Shown here one piece after another: positions 21,122 through 30,610 of a stretch of DNA of 64,000 nucleotides (position 1 is its first letter; each line of letters begins with the position of its first letter). The stretch spans positions 1,504,001-1,568,000 of the forward strand of contig CAVTRN010000001.1 in assembly GCA_963737155.1 (NCBI GenBank). The letters run 5' to 3'. Origin of the DNA: Nitrospirota bacterium. Lineage in GTDB: Bacteria; Nitrospirota; UBA9217. The notes beneath the pieces were generated by a model. That model was not told where the DNA came from, did no database searches, and saw only the letters and a list, made by a program, of their open reading frames with translations. Made by a program: the position numbers and the translations under genes.

Positions 21122-21586
21122 ATGACTACTTTTATTCGTAAAAGCAAATTGCTATCTTTGTTTTATGCGTCTTCTATGGTGTTGCTCTTCCATTATTGTT
21201 ATGGCTTAATAAAACATTCAGTTTGGAGTAAAGCTCTCGGTTTTGTAAGCATGGATATTTCGACCCCAAAATGGTTGATATTTGCCTTGGTACTATTTAC
21301 AAATTTTATAGCGGATATAACCTCATCACTAATAGCTGCGATAATTCCAGGTTTTCTTCTTTTTTATGTTCTGAAAAAGAGCGCCACCTATTATAGCCTT
21401 CCAGCAGTTTTGGTTTTTATAGCCTTAAGTCCTCGGCTGCGGAAATTATGGAGTGCGCCGAAGCTAGAAACAAAAATTAGCCTATTAATAGGGCCATTCT
21501 TGGCAGCTTTCGTGTATCTATCTGTCGTTTGGCTTTTTCAAAAGTATCTCATCAAACGCATGGGAAACAACATCAACCAAGCGTAA
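21122..21586 (+). CDS. Four-TM membrane protein, putative Rhs2 immunity/partner
   Basis: Starts 12 nt after the rhs2 stop; AT-rich; hydrophobic. Confidence 0.7.
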   Translation: MTTFIRKSKLLSLFYASSMVLLFHYCYGLIKHSVWSKALGFVSMDISTPKWLIFALVLFTNFIADITSSLIAAIIPGFLLFYVLKKSATYYSLPAVLVFIALSPRLRKLWSAPKLETKISLLIGPFLAAFVYLSVVWLFQKYLIKRMGNNINQA

Positions 21587-21588
21587 CC

Positions 21589-21880
21589 TATCACCCCGCC
21601 GCTACGTTCTTCTGTACCAGCGCATCGAGATAATGCAGGAGAACCATCTGGTCTCCTTTCGGAAGGCCATCTCATTTTTAACTGCCGCCTCGATGACCAC
21701 GTGTTTCGGACGTTGCTTGACTTACTCGGCAATCAATGATTTAATTAGCCCTCAAGTGCACCTATGATCCTTGGAAAAACTGTCGAAAAACGAGTTGCGT
21801 CATAAGATTTATTGCTCTCGGAAGGCCGTATGGATAAAGGGTTTTCCCCTGATGAGCCGAAGCCGCTGGACGGGATGATC
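21589..21880. repeat. ~300-bp inter-cassette spacer, copy 1
   Basis: Homologous to 22778..22869+24253..24447 and 25797..26093; ends exactly at the HxDHLGT codons. Confidence 0.85.
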
Positions 21881-22456
21881 CACACCGATCATCTCGGCAC
21901 TCCGCAGATAATGACGAATAGTTCCGGGGCAGTTGTGTGGTCTGCATACTATAAAGCGTTCGGTGCAGCGACCGTCACCGTATCGACGATCACGAATAAT
22001 CTGCGATTCCCTGGGCAGTACTACGATGCAGAGACAGGCTTGAACTATAATTACTTCAGGGACTATAATCCAGTGATCGGGAATTACATAGAACCTGATC
22101 GTGTCAATTTAAAATCTTTACAGCTTCCCCTGCCGCTTTTTAAAGCGAAAATTCACTTTCCAAATATAAATGAAACTAATTTGAAAAAAATACTAACCAA
22201 CTATTCTCTCTATCATCCACAAACACAGAATCCATATCCCTATGTAGACGATAATCCAAACAACCGGACAGATCCTGATGGTGAATTTTGGCCGGAAATT
22301 ATAATCGGGATTATCATAAGTGGACTAATCGCAGAAATGATATATAGTGGATTACATCCAGAAGAAGAACCCCCACAACATATCGATCCAGAACAGCCTG
22401 ATCTTAATCAACCAACCCCTACGCGGCGGCCTTTAGAACCATGTGAAAGGGAATAA
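21881..22456 (+). CDS. Orphan Rhs core-CT cassette 1
   Basis: HTDHLGTP...NLRFPGQY...NPNNRTDPDG, then a TM and Pro-rich tail; no YD repeats; possible in-frame ATG at 21830 or 21875. Confidence 0.85.
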   Translation, partial: HTDHLGTPQIMTNSSGAVVWSAYYKAFGAATVTVSTITNNLRFPGQYYDAETGLNYNYFRDYNPVIGNYIEPDRVNLKSLQLPLPLFKAKIHFPNINETNLKKILTNYSLYHPQTQNPYPYVDDNPNNRTDPDGEFWPEIIIGIIISGLIAEMIYSGLHPEEEPPQHIDPEQPDLNQPTPTRRPLEPCERE

Positions 22457-22457
22457 A

Positions 22458-22766
22458 ATGTTGACTTCTTTATGGGATATATTCGGAAGGCATTCGAAAA
22501 TATTTGTGGTATTTGCAGGGTTAGTTGTTATTTTGTGCTCAGTGTTTTTTTATATTAATAAACGAGAGAAAGCTTACAACAAATATTACTTGGCAGGATA
22601 CCTTGTTGTTTTTTTCGGGATATGCGTTTCACTGATTAGAATATTATTATCAGTGCGATCTTGGGGCTTGATGATCTTATCGTTAATTCTTTATCTAATT
22701 GGCTTCATAGTAGTTCTATACGGTGGGAAGAAACGAAAGGAAGCTGACAGTCTTCAAAAAAAGTAG
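22458..22766 (+). CDS. Three-TM protein, putative immunity of orphan 1
   Basis: ATG 1 nt after the orphan stop; hydrophobic. Confidence 0.7.
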   Translation: MLTSLWDIFGRHSKIFVVFAGLVVILCSVFFYINKREKAYNKYYLAGYLVVFFGICVSLIRILLSVRSWGLMILSLILYLIGFIVVLYGGKKRKEADSLQKK

Positions 22767-22869
22767 GATTGAGGTTATTATCAACCCTGCCGCGACGTAC
22801 TTCTGAACCAGCACATCGAGATAATGCAAGAGAGTTATTGGTCCCTTTCAGAGGGCTCTAATATTATTT

Positions 22870-24244
22870 GGCTCATGGCACCCTTCTGTGGGTAAAAGAC
22901 CACGGATGGAATCGATTCATCCAGGGAGTGCAGGCCTGAATGATCTTCAAATCTAGATAGGCATTGTCTCGATAACCGTATGCGCGGCGAATTACATTTC
23001 TTGCTTTAGCGTTTGCGGCCTCAATAAATCCAAGCGGCGCTTTATTATCGCAATACGCCAAAATACCATCCAGATGCTTTTCCACCATACGTGCGAATTT
23101 TTGCATCGGCTTCAGTCGACTCCATTTAAGTTGGTCTACCCAACCTCGAAAGAACTTGCGTGCCCATGTTATTGATTCATAGCTCCACAAGTGCCCAAAC
23201 GTCTCTTTCATCAAATGCGCCTTAAACAATCGCTTATTTGCTCGCAATGCGTCATTCAGCTCTACCCGCGCATTTCCTCGTACATGGGCTTGACGGGAAA
23301 GCAGAATAAATTTTTTCCCCGACAGTCGGCCTTTCATCCATTTCCCGGCCTTTCGGATCTCCTGTACTCGCACAGCATTAAGAGCTTTTAGTAAGTGTTG
23401 GATAACGTGAAACTTATCGTAAATAATCTGCGCACTCGGACAGTGCTTACGGACACTGTTGCGGAACGGCTTCCACATGTCCATTACTGCATGGGTGATT
23501 ATATGAGCACGCTCTTTGCCAAACCACTTCCAGAACTTGCTCAAGTTGCGTTCTTTTCGCCCTTTCCCCACAAACAGCATCTCGGGACCACGAGGTCCAT
23601 CCAGAGCGCTTATCATGTGCTTATACTTATGTCCCTTGCCCTTTCCATGGGAAAGTTCATCCATGCCCAATACGTTTATGCCGTCCAGAGGGCGGTTTGC
23701 CTGCTCTTCCTGTAACGCCTGTTTATCAATCGCCTTGACCGTATGTCGGTGCAGCATCAGGATATCGCCCACGGCCTTGACCGTTGTCACTTTGCACAAT
23801 TCCTTGGTTACATGCGCCAATTCTGCGGTGACCCGCGGTCCTCGGACATCTACAAAATCAAGAGGTTCCGATAAAATCCCGCACGCTTTACAGTTGCCGC
23901 GGTAGCGCTCGAATCGGATAAATGTTGGGGTACTCCAAAACAGTAAATGGCGGACCTCAAATTCCTTGCTGTCGTATCCACCGATGTCTATCACACCACA
24001 CTTCGCGCATGTATGAGTTTCATGATCCCGAGCTATCGTAACAATGACGGATATACGTTCCTTTCGGTATCCTATATCAAACTCCGTCACATGATGCCCT
24101 TGAATTCCTAATAAGCGTGTGAGATAATCTAAATGCATCCGGAAGGCCCCTCCTTGCTTAATGATTGCGAGTCATTTGCAAGAAGTTAACGCTTTCCGGG
24201 TGTCTTTTCAACGCATTTCAGCCCATAGTATCGTGCCAAGAGCC
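22870..24244 (-). mobile_element. ISL3-family element (1375 bp) inserted in spacer copy 2
   Basis: IRs GGCTCATGGCAC / GGCTCTTGGCAC; 8-bp TSD TATTATTT (22862-22869, 24245-24252). Confidence 0.93.
22873..24138 (-). CDS. ISL3-family transposase
   Basis: CxxC...CxxC zinc finger, GMDE, MDMW, YDKFH, EAAN...RRAYGYR. Confidence 0.93.
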   Translation of the reverse strand: MHLDYLTRLLGIQGHHVTEFDIGYRKERISVIVTIARDHETHTCAKCGVIDIGGYDSKEFEVRHLLFWSTPTFIRFERYRGNCKACGILSEPLDFVDVRGPRVTAELAHVTKELCKVTTVKAVGDILMLHRHTVKAIDKQALQEEQANRPLDGINVLGMDELSHGKGKGHKYKHMISALDGPRGPEMLFVGKGRKERNLSKFWKWFGKERAHIITHAVMDMWKPFRNSVRKHCPSAQIIYDKFHVIQHLLKALNAVRVQEIRKAGKWMKGRLSGKKFILLSRQAHVRGNARVELNDALRANKRLFKAHLMKETFGHLWSYESITWARKFFRGWVDQLKWSRLKPMQKFARMVEKHLDGILAYCDNKAPLGFIEAANAKARNVIRRAYGYRDNAYLDLKIIQACTPWMNRFHPWSFTHRRVP

Positions 24245-24447
24245 TATTATTTTAACCACCGTTACAAAGCCGAGTGCAGATGCTGCTTGACTTGTGTTGT
24301 GATCAATGGCTTAATATCAATTGCACTTATGCTTTTACAATAAAGTGTCGAAAAACGTATGGTGTCGTAAGTGTATGTTGTGCTGATAACTCCGCATGGA
24401 TACAGGTCCTTTCTCTTATCGTCTGTGATTGCTTGGACGGGCTGATC

Positions 24448-24972
24448 CACCCCGATCATCTCGGTACGCCGCAAATGATAACGAACAGTTCCGGAGCAGT
24501 TGTGTGGTTTGCCTACTATAAAGCGTTCGGTGCAGCAACCTTAACCGTATCAACGATCACGAACAACCTGAGATTCCCAGGGCAGTACTTCGATGCTGAG
24601 ACGGGGCTACATCAGAACTGGAATCGTGATTACAATTTTTCAAATGGTCGATACCTTGAAGCGGATCCTTTTTTGCTTCCACTTTTTTATCAAGGCAAAA
24701 TATTATTCGTCCCACCATATATCACAAAAAATCCAAACCTCATACCCGTTTATCTTTATGGGGTAAATAATCCTACGAAATATATCGATTCAAATGGTTA
24801 TAAAGCAGCACAATGTAATCCATGTCCTTATGGAAATCAGCCATGGGTTGCATGCATCATGCTGTGTGATACAGCGTGTGCTGCAGCTTTTATTGTTGAG
24901 GCCCCCCCTATAGCGGTTATTTGTATTATCACATGCCATGCAGCTTGCGAGGGCCAAAAGTGCGAGAAATAA
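24448..24972 (+). CDS. Orphan Rhs core-CT cassette 2 with Cys-rich hydrophobic C-terminal domain
   Basis: HPDHLGTP...NPTKYIDSNG then CNPC...CIMLCDTAC...CIITCHAAC...C; Rhs homology starts at 24448; start codon unclear. Confidence 0.85.
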   Translation, partial: HPDHLGTPQMITNSSGAVVWFAYYKAFGAATLTVSTITNNLRFPGQYFDAETGLHQNWNRDYNFSNGRYLEADPFLLPLFYQGKILFVPPYITKNPNLIPVYLYGVNNPTKYIDSNGYKAAQCNPCPYGNQPWVACIMLCDTACAAAFIVEAPPIAVICIITCHAACEGQKCEK

Positions 24973-25291
24973 CATTAATCTAGTTATAGAGGTGTGTCCG
25001 TCCGCTACTTTTATTTGATATCAGAACCGGAATAAGCCTTAAATCTTTTAAATTGTTGTTTATTATCAGACCCCGTTATGATGAGGCGGTGGAAGTTTTC
25101 TTTTACTGGCAACAACAAAATAGACAAAATCAGTAACGGCAGTTTTAATTGTAAGGTTTCCGCAATAGAGTATAGTTAGTCTTCTAGATTGCTACTACAT
25201 ATCATTCGAATAACGGATAGGGAGCATTTTATATCTGTTAATAAATCGTTGGGCAGCAATTAAAAAAGTTTATTTATTGTTACTTTAGGGG

Positions 25292-25756
25292 GTGAGCATA
25301 ATGATGGATTGGATTCCGTACCTAATCCCGCTGTGGATATTTGCAATCTTTATCATCAAAGATATAATTCAAAAGGGATCACTAAAGACAATGCAATCGC
25401 ATTACAGTGAGACATTTTTCACGGATCTTCCGCCCCATAAAACTTTCAAAGCAATAATAGCATTCGCGAACCAAAATGGTTATCAAATTGACGACATCGA
25501 CGAACAACATCTTGCAGTAATATTAAACGAAAGAATGACATGGAAAAGCTATGGCTCCTTCTACCCAATTTATGTTCATGAACAGGCTACCAGAACAATG
25601 GTGGAAGTTGGTGTTACAAGCAAGAGCGGAAAAATTTTTTTAATTAGTCCATTCGTCAAAAAGGTCATAACTGTGCGTCTCGAACGTATGCTTAACGCTG
25701 TTAAAGGAGCGGTGTTCGCCTATGAAAGAACAGAGAAAGATGAAAAAGAATATTAA
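25292..25756 (+). CDS. Membrane-anchored hypothetical protein
   Basis: N-terminal TM; 154-aa ORF. Confidence 0.65.
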   Translation: MSIMMDWIPYLIPLWIFAIFIIKDIIQKGSLKTMQSHYSETFFTDLPPHKTFKAIIAFANQNGYQIDDIDEQHLAVILNERMTWKSYGSFYPIYVHEQATRTMVEVGVTSKSGKIFLISPFVKKVITVRLERMLNAVKGAVFAYERTEKDEKEY

Positions 25757-25762
25757 AAAGTT

Positions 25763-25794
25763 GTAGGGTAGGGTTAAGCGCGGAGCAACCTGAC
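25763..25794 (+). repeat. GTAG-type REP-like palindrome (degenerate)
   Basis: GTAGGGTAGGGTTAAGCG...GCAACCTGAC; resembles 9891..9927. Confidence 0.5.
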
Positions 25795-25796
25795 AT

Positions 25797-26130
25797 TATC
25801 ATCACCCTGCCGCTACGTTCTTTCGTACCAGCGCATCGAGATAATGCAAGAGAACCTTCTGGTCACTTTTCGGAAGGCTCTCTATCTTTTTTAACCGCCG
25901 TCACAAGGCCGCGTGCTGCGGATCGCGCTGGACCTACCCAGTGATCAATGATTTAATAGGCTATCCTGTATACCTATGATCTTTGAAAAAAGTGTTGAAA
26001 AAAGAGAAATGGCATAAGAGTATGTTGCTCTCGGAAGACCTCATGGATTAAGGGTTATTCCCGTATGAGCCGCGGTCGCTTGACGGGTTGATCCACACCG
26101 ATCATCTTGGCACCCAACAGATGATGAGTG
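25797..26130. repeat. Inter-cassette spacer copy 3 plus stub of a third orphan Rhs (HTDHLGTQQM)
   Basis: Spacer homology; minus strand 25802..25900 reads RRLKKIESLPKSDQKVLLHYLDALVRKNVAAG*; Rhs homology stops after about 10 codons. Confidence 0.8.
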
Positions 26131-26356
26131 CACCATCTGTGATTGGGGTAGGTTCTCTAAGTGTATGTCAGACAACTCATATTATTCAGACTCTAATGGT
26201 ATAAGTGATTGTGCAAAATGCATCATCAGCGCAATAGCTAATTTTAGAACAACTCCCGATATTCGGCTCCTTGTTTGTTCAACGTAGCCTGTCACGCCCA
26301 ATCTTATTGATATTAGTCAACCTCCTGTCAATTCCTACCCATTATCGAGAATCTTT

Positions 26357-26460
26357 GCAAACAAAAGCTCCGGGGATTTCATAGCATAAAACTAGGGTTT
26401 CCCCGATTGCCGTTAAGGTATTAAAATGCTACCTTCTATTATGTACTGACAAGATATCCT
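26357..26460 (+). promoter_or_regulatory. Dispersed promoter module copy 4
   Basis: AAAACTAGGGTTTCCCCGA-TTGCCG-17nt(TG extended)-TACCTT. Confidence 0.65.
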
Positions 26461-26603
26461 TAGATATCTCCGCAATTCAGAGAGGTTGCTTGTATAACGG
26501 AAAAGAACAGAGGAGTACTTTTTGAACGATATTGAGTGAATAATAACCTCTGCCTATGAGCTTGAACAATGTGCACATATCATTTTAACAGGACCTAACG
26601 CCT

Positions 26604-27125
26604 ATGGTTCCTTTAATTAGCGTGGTAGTTGCCAGCGTTTCCGTTATAGTAGTCGTATGCGGACTGATCTATCAAGACAAACGCGCAAGACAATCACTGA
26701 ATATCGATTTGTTGTTGAAATTTGATGTGCGCTTTAACGATGAATCTTTTAAGGCAGTAAGACGTGCAGCAGCAAAGTCAATTTATGATTTCAGGATGAA
26801 TAAGAATAAAGATAAAGTGAGAGAAGAAGTTTTTGATTTTTTTGAGACAGTCGGTCTGTTATTGAGAAAGTACAAGCTGGACAAAGAACTCGTCTGGAGT
26901 ACATTTATCGAATGGGTTCGAGGTTATTGGCAAGCAGGTAATATGTATATTGGGAAAGAACAGAAGGACGACGAAACCCGTTGGCAGGACTTCACATACT
27001 TGTTTAAGGAATTAACAAAAGCAGATCAACGTCTAAAAAAGCGCATGATGGATCGTTCGGACGAAGACCCAGTATTGTCGGATAATGCTATTTCGAGATT
27101 TCTCAAAAAAGAGATGACTCTCTAA
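26604..27125 (+). CDS. DUF4760-like membrane-anchored protein
   Basis: N-terminal TM; VFDFFETVGLLLRKYKLDKELVWSTF pattern. Confidence 0.6.
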   Translation: MVPLISVVVASVSVIVVVCGLIYQDKRARQSLNIDLLLKFDVRFNDESFKAVRRAAAKSIYDFRMNKNKDKVREEVFDFFETVGLLLRKYKLDKELVWSTFIEWVRGYWQAGNMYIGKEQKDDETRWQDFTYLFKELTKADQRLKKRMMDRSDEDPVLSDNAISRFLKKEMTL

Positions 27126-27144
27126 AACCGATAGGAGGACTCTC

Positions 27145-27402
27145 GTGGAATTTTATCAATGTTCCTGCCCCGGAACAGGAAGAGTGATTCTTGATGGAAT
27201 CGACCAGGGGCCTAACAAGGACAGTGCGGGTAACCTGCTGACTAAACAGTGCGATGCTGGGCCGCACACTATTAGCGTACTGTACGATGCTGGCAATACA
27301 TGCTCTCCAGCTCAAATCAAAATCGAAATAAAGGATACTGACCCGATTTCACCCATGGAGATAGTATTTAACTGCGAAAAATGGCAGACTATATGGCTAT
27401 GA
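27145..27402 (+). CDS. Small hypothetical beta-rich protein
   Basis: SD AGGAGG before GTG; 85 aa. Confidence 0.6.
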   Translation: MEFYQCSCPGTGRVILDGIDQGPNKDSAGNLLTKQCDAGPHTISVLYDAGNTCSPAQIKIEIKDTDPISPMEIVFNCEKWQTIWL

Positions 27403-27898
27403 TCCAACTACTACAGCAGACTTTTATTGTTTACCAGCAGAGGTTTTTTGCTATGTGATAGATATGCATTGTGATTTCTTTCCCTATGGTAGTCGCCGAG
27501 CTCAATGACATGAGTGGGCGCTATTGTTGGACACTGTCATTTATTAGACCGTTCCGGACAAACTTCTCTGATTAATCTGGCAATATCACGTAAATCCCAT
27601 CCGTTATAAGTTAAAATTATATTGATCTCCCCGTATAAAAACATGGGGGCGTAGATCCCGATGATTTAGATGATTTCGGTTGAAGCGATACGCACATGCT
27701 CTGCAGAGACGACGTTGCACTTGTCCACTGTAGCAGCGATGAGGATGCCTCGTGCGAGGTCATATGCTCTCTGAGCCTTCCACACCCGTAATATATTTCT
27801 AAATCTAAATTAGCTTCCAGTTTAATTCCATAGCGGTGTAATAATCTGCCTTGTCTTCGAGAAAATTTATCAATTAAGACCAAGGGTTTTCGAAGCAC

Positions 27899-27970
27899 GA
27901 AACTAGGAGTTACCTGATTGCCATTAAGATATGGAAATGCTACCTTCTACTATGTGCTGTCAAGATATCC
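27899..27970 (+). promoter_or_regulatory. Dispersed promoter module copy 5
   Basis: AAACTAGGAGTTACCTGA-TTGCCA-17nt-TACCTT; about 55 bp closely similar to 26405..26460. Confidence 0.6.
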
Positions 27971-28202
27971 AAGATGTATCCAAGATTCAAAAAGATTAAT
28001 TATTGGCATTGAATACTATTAATATTGCGGAATATAGATGATGTTATTTCACATTATATAAAATTGACAACGATTTAATAAGTTTATTTTGCTATTGATG
28101 GGAGATCTCTGATAGTGGTTATTCTCAGAACACCCTAATGCATTCAGTCTCGTGTGTCTCTATTGCTCATAAAATGCCAAAGAATAAAAAAAGGAGGATA
28201 CC

Positions 28203-28775
28203 ATGGAGCGCCAAGGGTTGTTTGGGGGATTAATCGCAGTACTTTTCCTCATCGCATTGCAAACGAGTCTCGTCGGGGCCGCCCGACGTCGCGCAGGCAC
28301 TAGCCGTAACGTAAAATTCATGGACTTGATCATAACCTCTGACGACGAGAACTATAGTCTCTCACGGCTTCAATTCTATCTCTGGACCGTCTTCATCGTT
28401 ATAGGATTCGGAGCTGTATTCGCATCGAAATTCCAAATCCCTGTGATTCCACAAAATTTAACTCTTCTAATGGGGGTTAATCTGTCGGCAGCCGTCGTAT
28501 CAACCGCCATCACTACATGGAAAGGAGTACCACCATTAGATCCAACGGATAAGTCAGACTTCGTAAAAGACATATTCTTTGAAAACAAGGGTAGTCTTGA
28601 TTTACCTAGGACGCAGATGTTTATCTGGACTGTAATCTCTCTTCTTGTATTTTCAGCTATGTTGATTAAAACCATTACAGACGGAAACCCGCTTTTACCC
28701 GATATACCTTCAGGGCTTGTTGCCCTTATGGGATTGAGCCACGGAGCTTATTTGGGGACAAAGGCGGCAAAGTGA
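28203..28775 (+). CDS. Multi-TM conserved hypothetical protein with internal duplication
   Basis: SD AAGGAGG; SLSRLQFYLWT...LMGVN and DLPRTQMFIWT...LMGLSHGAYLGTK halves. Confidence 0.8.
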   Translation: MERQGLFGGLIAVLFLIALQTSLVGAARRRAGTSRNVKFMDLIITSDDENYSLSRLQFYLWTVFIVIGFGAVFASKFQIPVIPQNLTLLMGVNLSAAVVSTAITTWKGVPPLDPTDKSDFVKDIFFENKGSLDLPRTQMFIWTVISLLVFSAMLIKTITDGNPLLPDIPSGLVALMGLSHGAYLGTKAAK

Positions 28776-28958
28776 ATTGCCCTGAAGCATAGCTGCGGGT
28801 ATCCTAATATAGTTAGAACCTTAAGTCTGAATTATCAATAAAGAGGAGAGTCGCAATGAATTACCAAGATAATAAGACATTCTAAATTAACTCATAAATA
28901 TTCTTAGCCGTGTTATTTTAAAAACCAGAATATCTGGATAAAACAAAGGAGGATAATT

Positions 28959-29948
28959 ATGCATTCTTGTCGATTTTTGAGGAAAAAATTGCGGGGCATC
29001 TCCATGCTTGTTGTTATCGTGAATGGTCTATGTCTTGCTGGTTGCGCAACCACTTCGGTTATTAACTCAGGCGCAAATTTGGCTAAAGTAGGGCAAACAA
29101 CTGCAATACAAATGGGGGAAAATATAACCCTATCAGAAAACTCTATTGTCGCGTTGAAAAAGGCTGTGGCATTTAACGATGGATATAATGGGGTTGCAGG
29201 AAACCCAGGTTCCGAGACATTTCTAACAAATATAGAGTCAATTCAAAGTAAGTTAGATAAGTATGGTTCTATGATTGATAAGTTATCGTCGTCGTATTCT
29301 GCTTTGGGGGATTTAGCCGGATATAACGCTGTAAGCAACTTTAACTCATCAATAGATTCTTTGGCCACATCAGCGACTAATTTCGCCAGTGCTATAGGAA
29401 AAACAATCGTTATTCCGACAGAAGTTAAATCTGGCGTCAATACTATTGGGGGATTCGTACTAGGTGCTGTGCAGGCTGAAAATGTTAAGAATGCAAGCCA
29501 ACAAATCGAGGTGGTCCTCAAACAAGTGATTAATGTATTGGATGATCCGGGCACCAAGGCCAAATTAATTCCAGTTCAAAAAGAAGTTGAAGGACAAATA
29601 AGTCAAGCAGCTGATGTTTTATATTTTAATGGCGTTTACTCATATGGGCCACTACTGGATGAACTAGGTTCTCCTTTAGGTTTCAAGTCTACGTCTACAT
29701 CAGATTCTATCGTTACCAAAAATGATAAAATCAAAAAAGGGCTTAATTATGTCGCCGTTGAAATAGCCCAAGAGCAGGTCATTGCTCAAGGTACTTCGTA
29801 CGATAAGAGCCTTGCCGCTTTAAAAGCATTGATTCCGTTACATGAAAGCCTACAAAAAGGTGCGCCTTTAAATATGAATACAGTCCTGAATATCATTAAC
29901 CAACTGCAAGACATTTCCACATCAATCCAACCAGTAAAGGAGAAATAA
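28959..29948 (+). CDS. Helical lipoprotein, hypothetical
   Basis: SD AAGGAGG; lipobox LAGC. Confidence 0.8.
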   Translation: MHSCRFLRKKLRGISMLVVIVNGLCLAGCATTSVINSGANLAKVGQTTAIQMGENITLSENSIVALKKAVAFNDGYNGVAGNPGSETFLTNIESIQSKLDKYGSMIDKLSSSYSALGDLAGYNAVSNFNSSIDSLATSATNFASAIGKTIVIPTEVKSGVNTIGGFVLGAVQAENVKNASQQIEVVLKQVINVLDDPGTKAKLIPVQKEVEGQISQAADVLYFNGVYSYGPLLDELGSPLGFKSTSTSDSIVTKNDKIKKGLNYVAVEIAQEQVIAQGTSYDKSLAALKALIPLHESLQKGAPLNMNTVLNIINQLQDISTSIQPVKEK

Positions 29949-29951
29949 TTT

Positions 29952-30293
29952 ATGCCTGACAACCAACCTACTACTGAAAATTTATTGGCAAGTCTAGCGT
30001 CAGCTGCTGATGCTGCACGTCAAGCGTATTTAACAGCTGCTGCAGCTAATCCTGGAGCAGATCTCAGCCAGTTATATCTAAAAGAGATGGCAGCTCTAGC
30101 TGCATATAGTGATGCAGAAGATAAGGCGCTTGATGCTACTGACCCCAATATTGGCAAAGCTCAAGGAAATCTGGATGCTGCAACTCAAATGATAAGAAAA
30201 GAATTATCAACTATCACAAATTTATCTTCTTGGCTTACAATCTTAGACAACCTTGTCAATTTAGCAGCAACTGTAAGCAAGTTCTTTGTCTAG
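29952..30293 (+). CDS. Small Ala-rich helical protein
   Basis: Starts 3 nt after the lipoprotein gene; amphipathic C-terminus. Confidence 0.75.
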   Translation: MPDNQPTTENLLASLASAADAARQAYLTAAAANPGADLSQLYLKEMAALAAYSDAEDKALDATDPNIGKAQGNLDAATQMIRKELSTITNLSSWLTILDNLVNLAATVSKFFV

Positions 30294-30610
30294 CAGTTCA
30301 AAAGCTATTTTTAGCAAGAATTAGAGGGGACTAAACCTTTACAGTTTGGTCTCCTCAAGCACTGTCTTTCCCTCCGACTTTCACAGCGATTAGGGCTGCT
30401 GTTCGACTGCTTGCAAACAGTAGTCTGATAAATATAAGGCCGATTTGAAGAAGTAGCCAAGCCGCTAGAGGGCACAGCAGGGCCCGCATAGGGGGGTTGC
30501 CGGTGACTGTCTAGCGTGCACTGAGTTTTCGTCAGGTTCGGGGGACAATCTGGGATCACTAAAGTTAACCAGAATTGATGGACTGAGAACGATATAGCTG
30601 GAGAGTAACC

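Noticed and set aside
30400-30530. Cyclic dinucleotide riboswitch
   Set aside because: Only a GGTTGCCG-like 3' end; the GGCAAA/GCAAA core and P2 hairpin are not identifiable.
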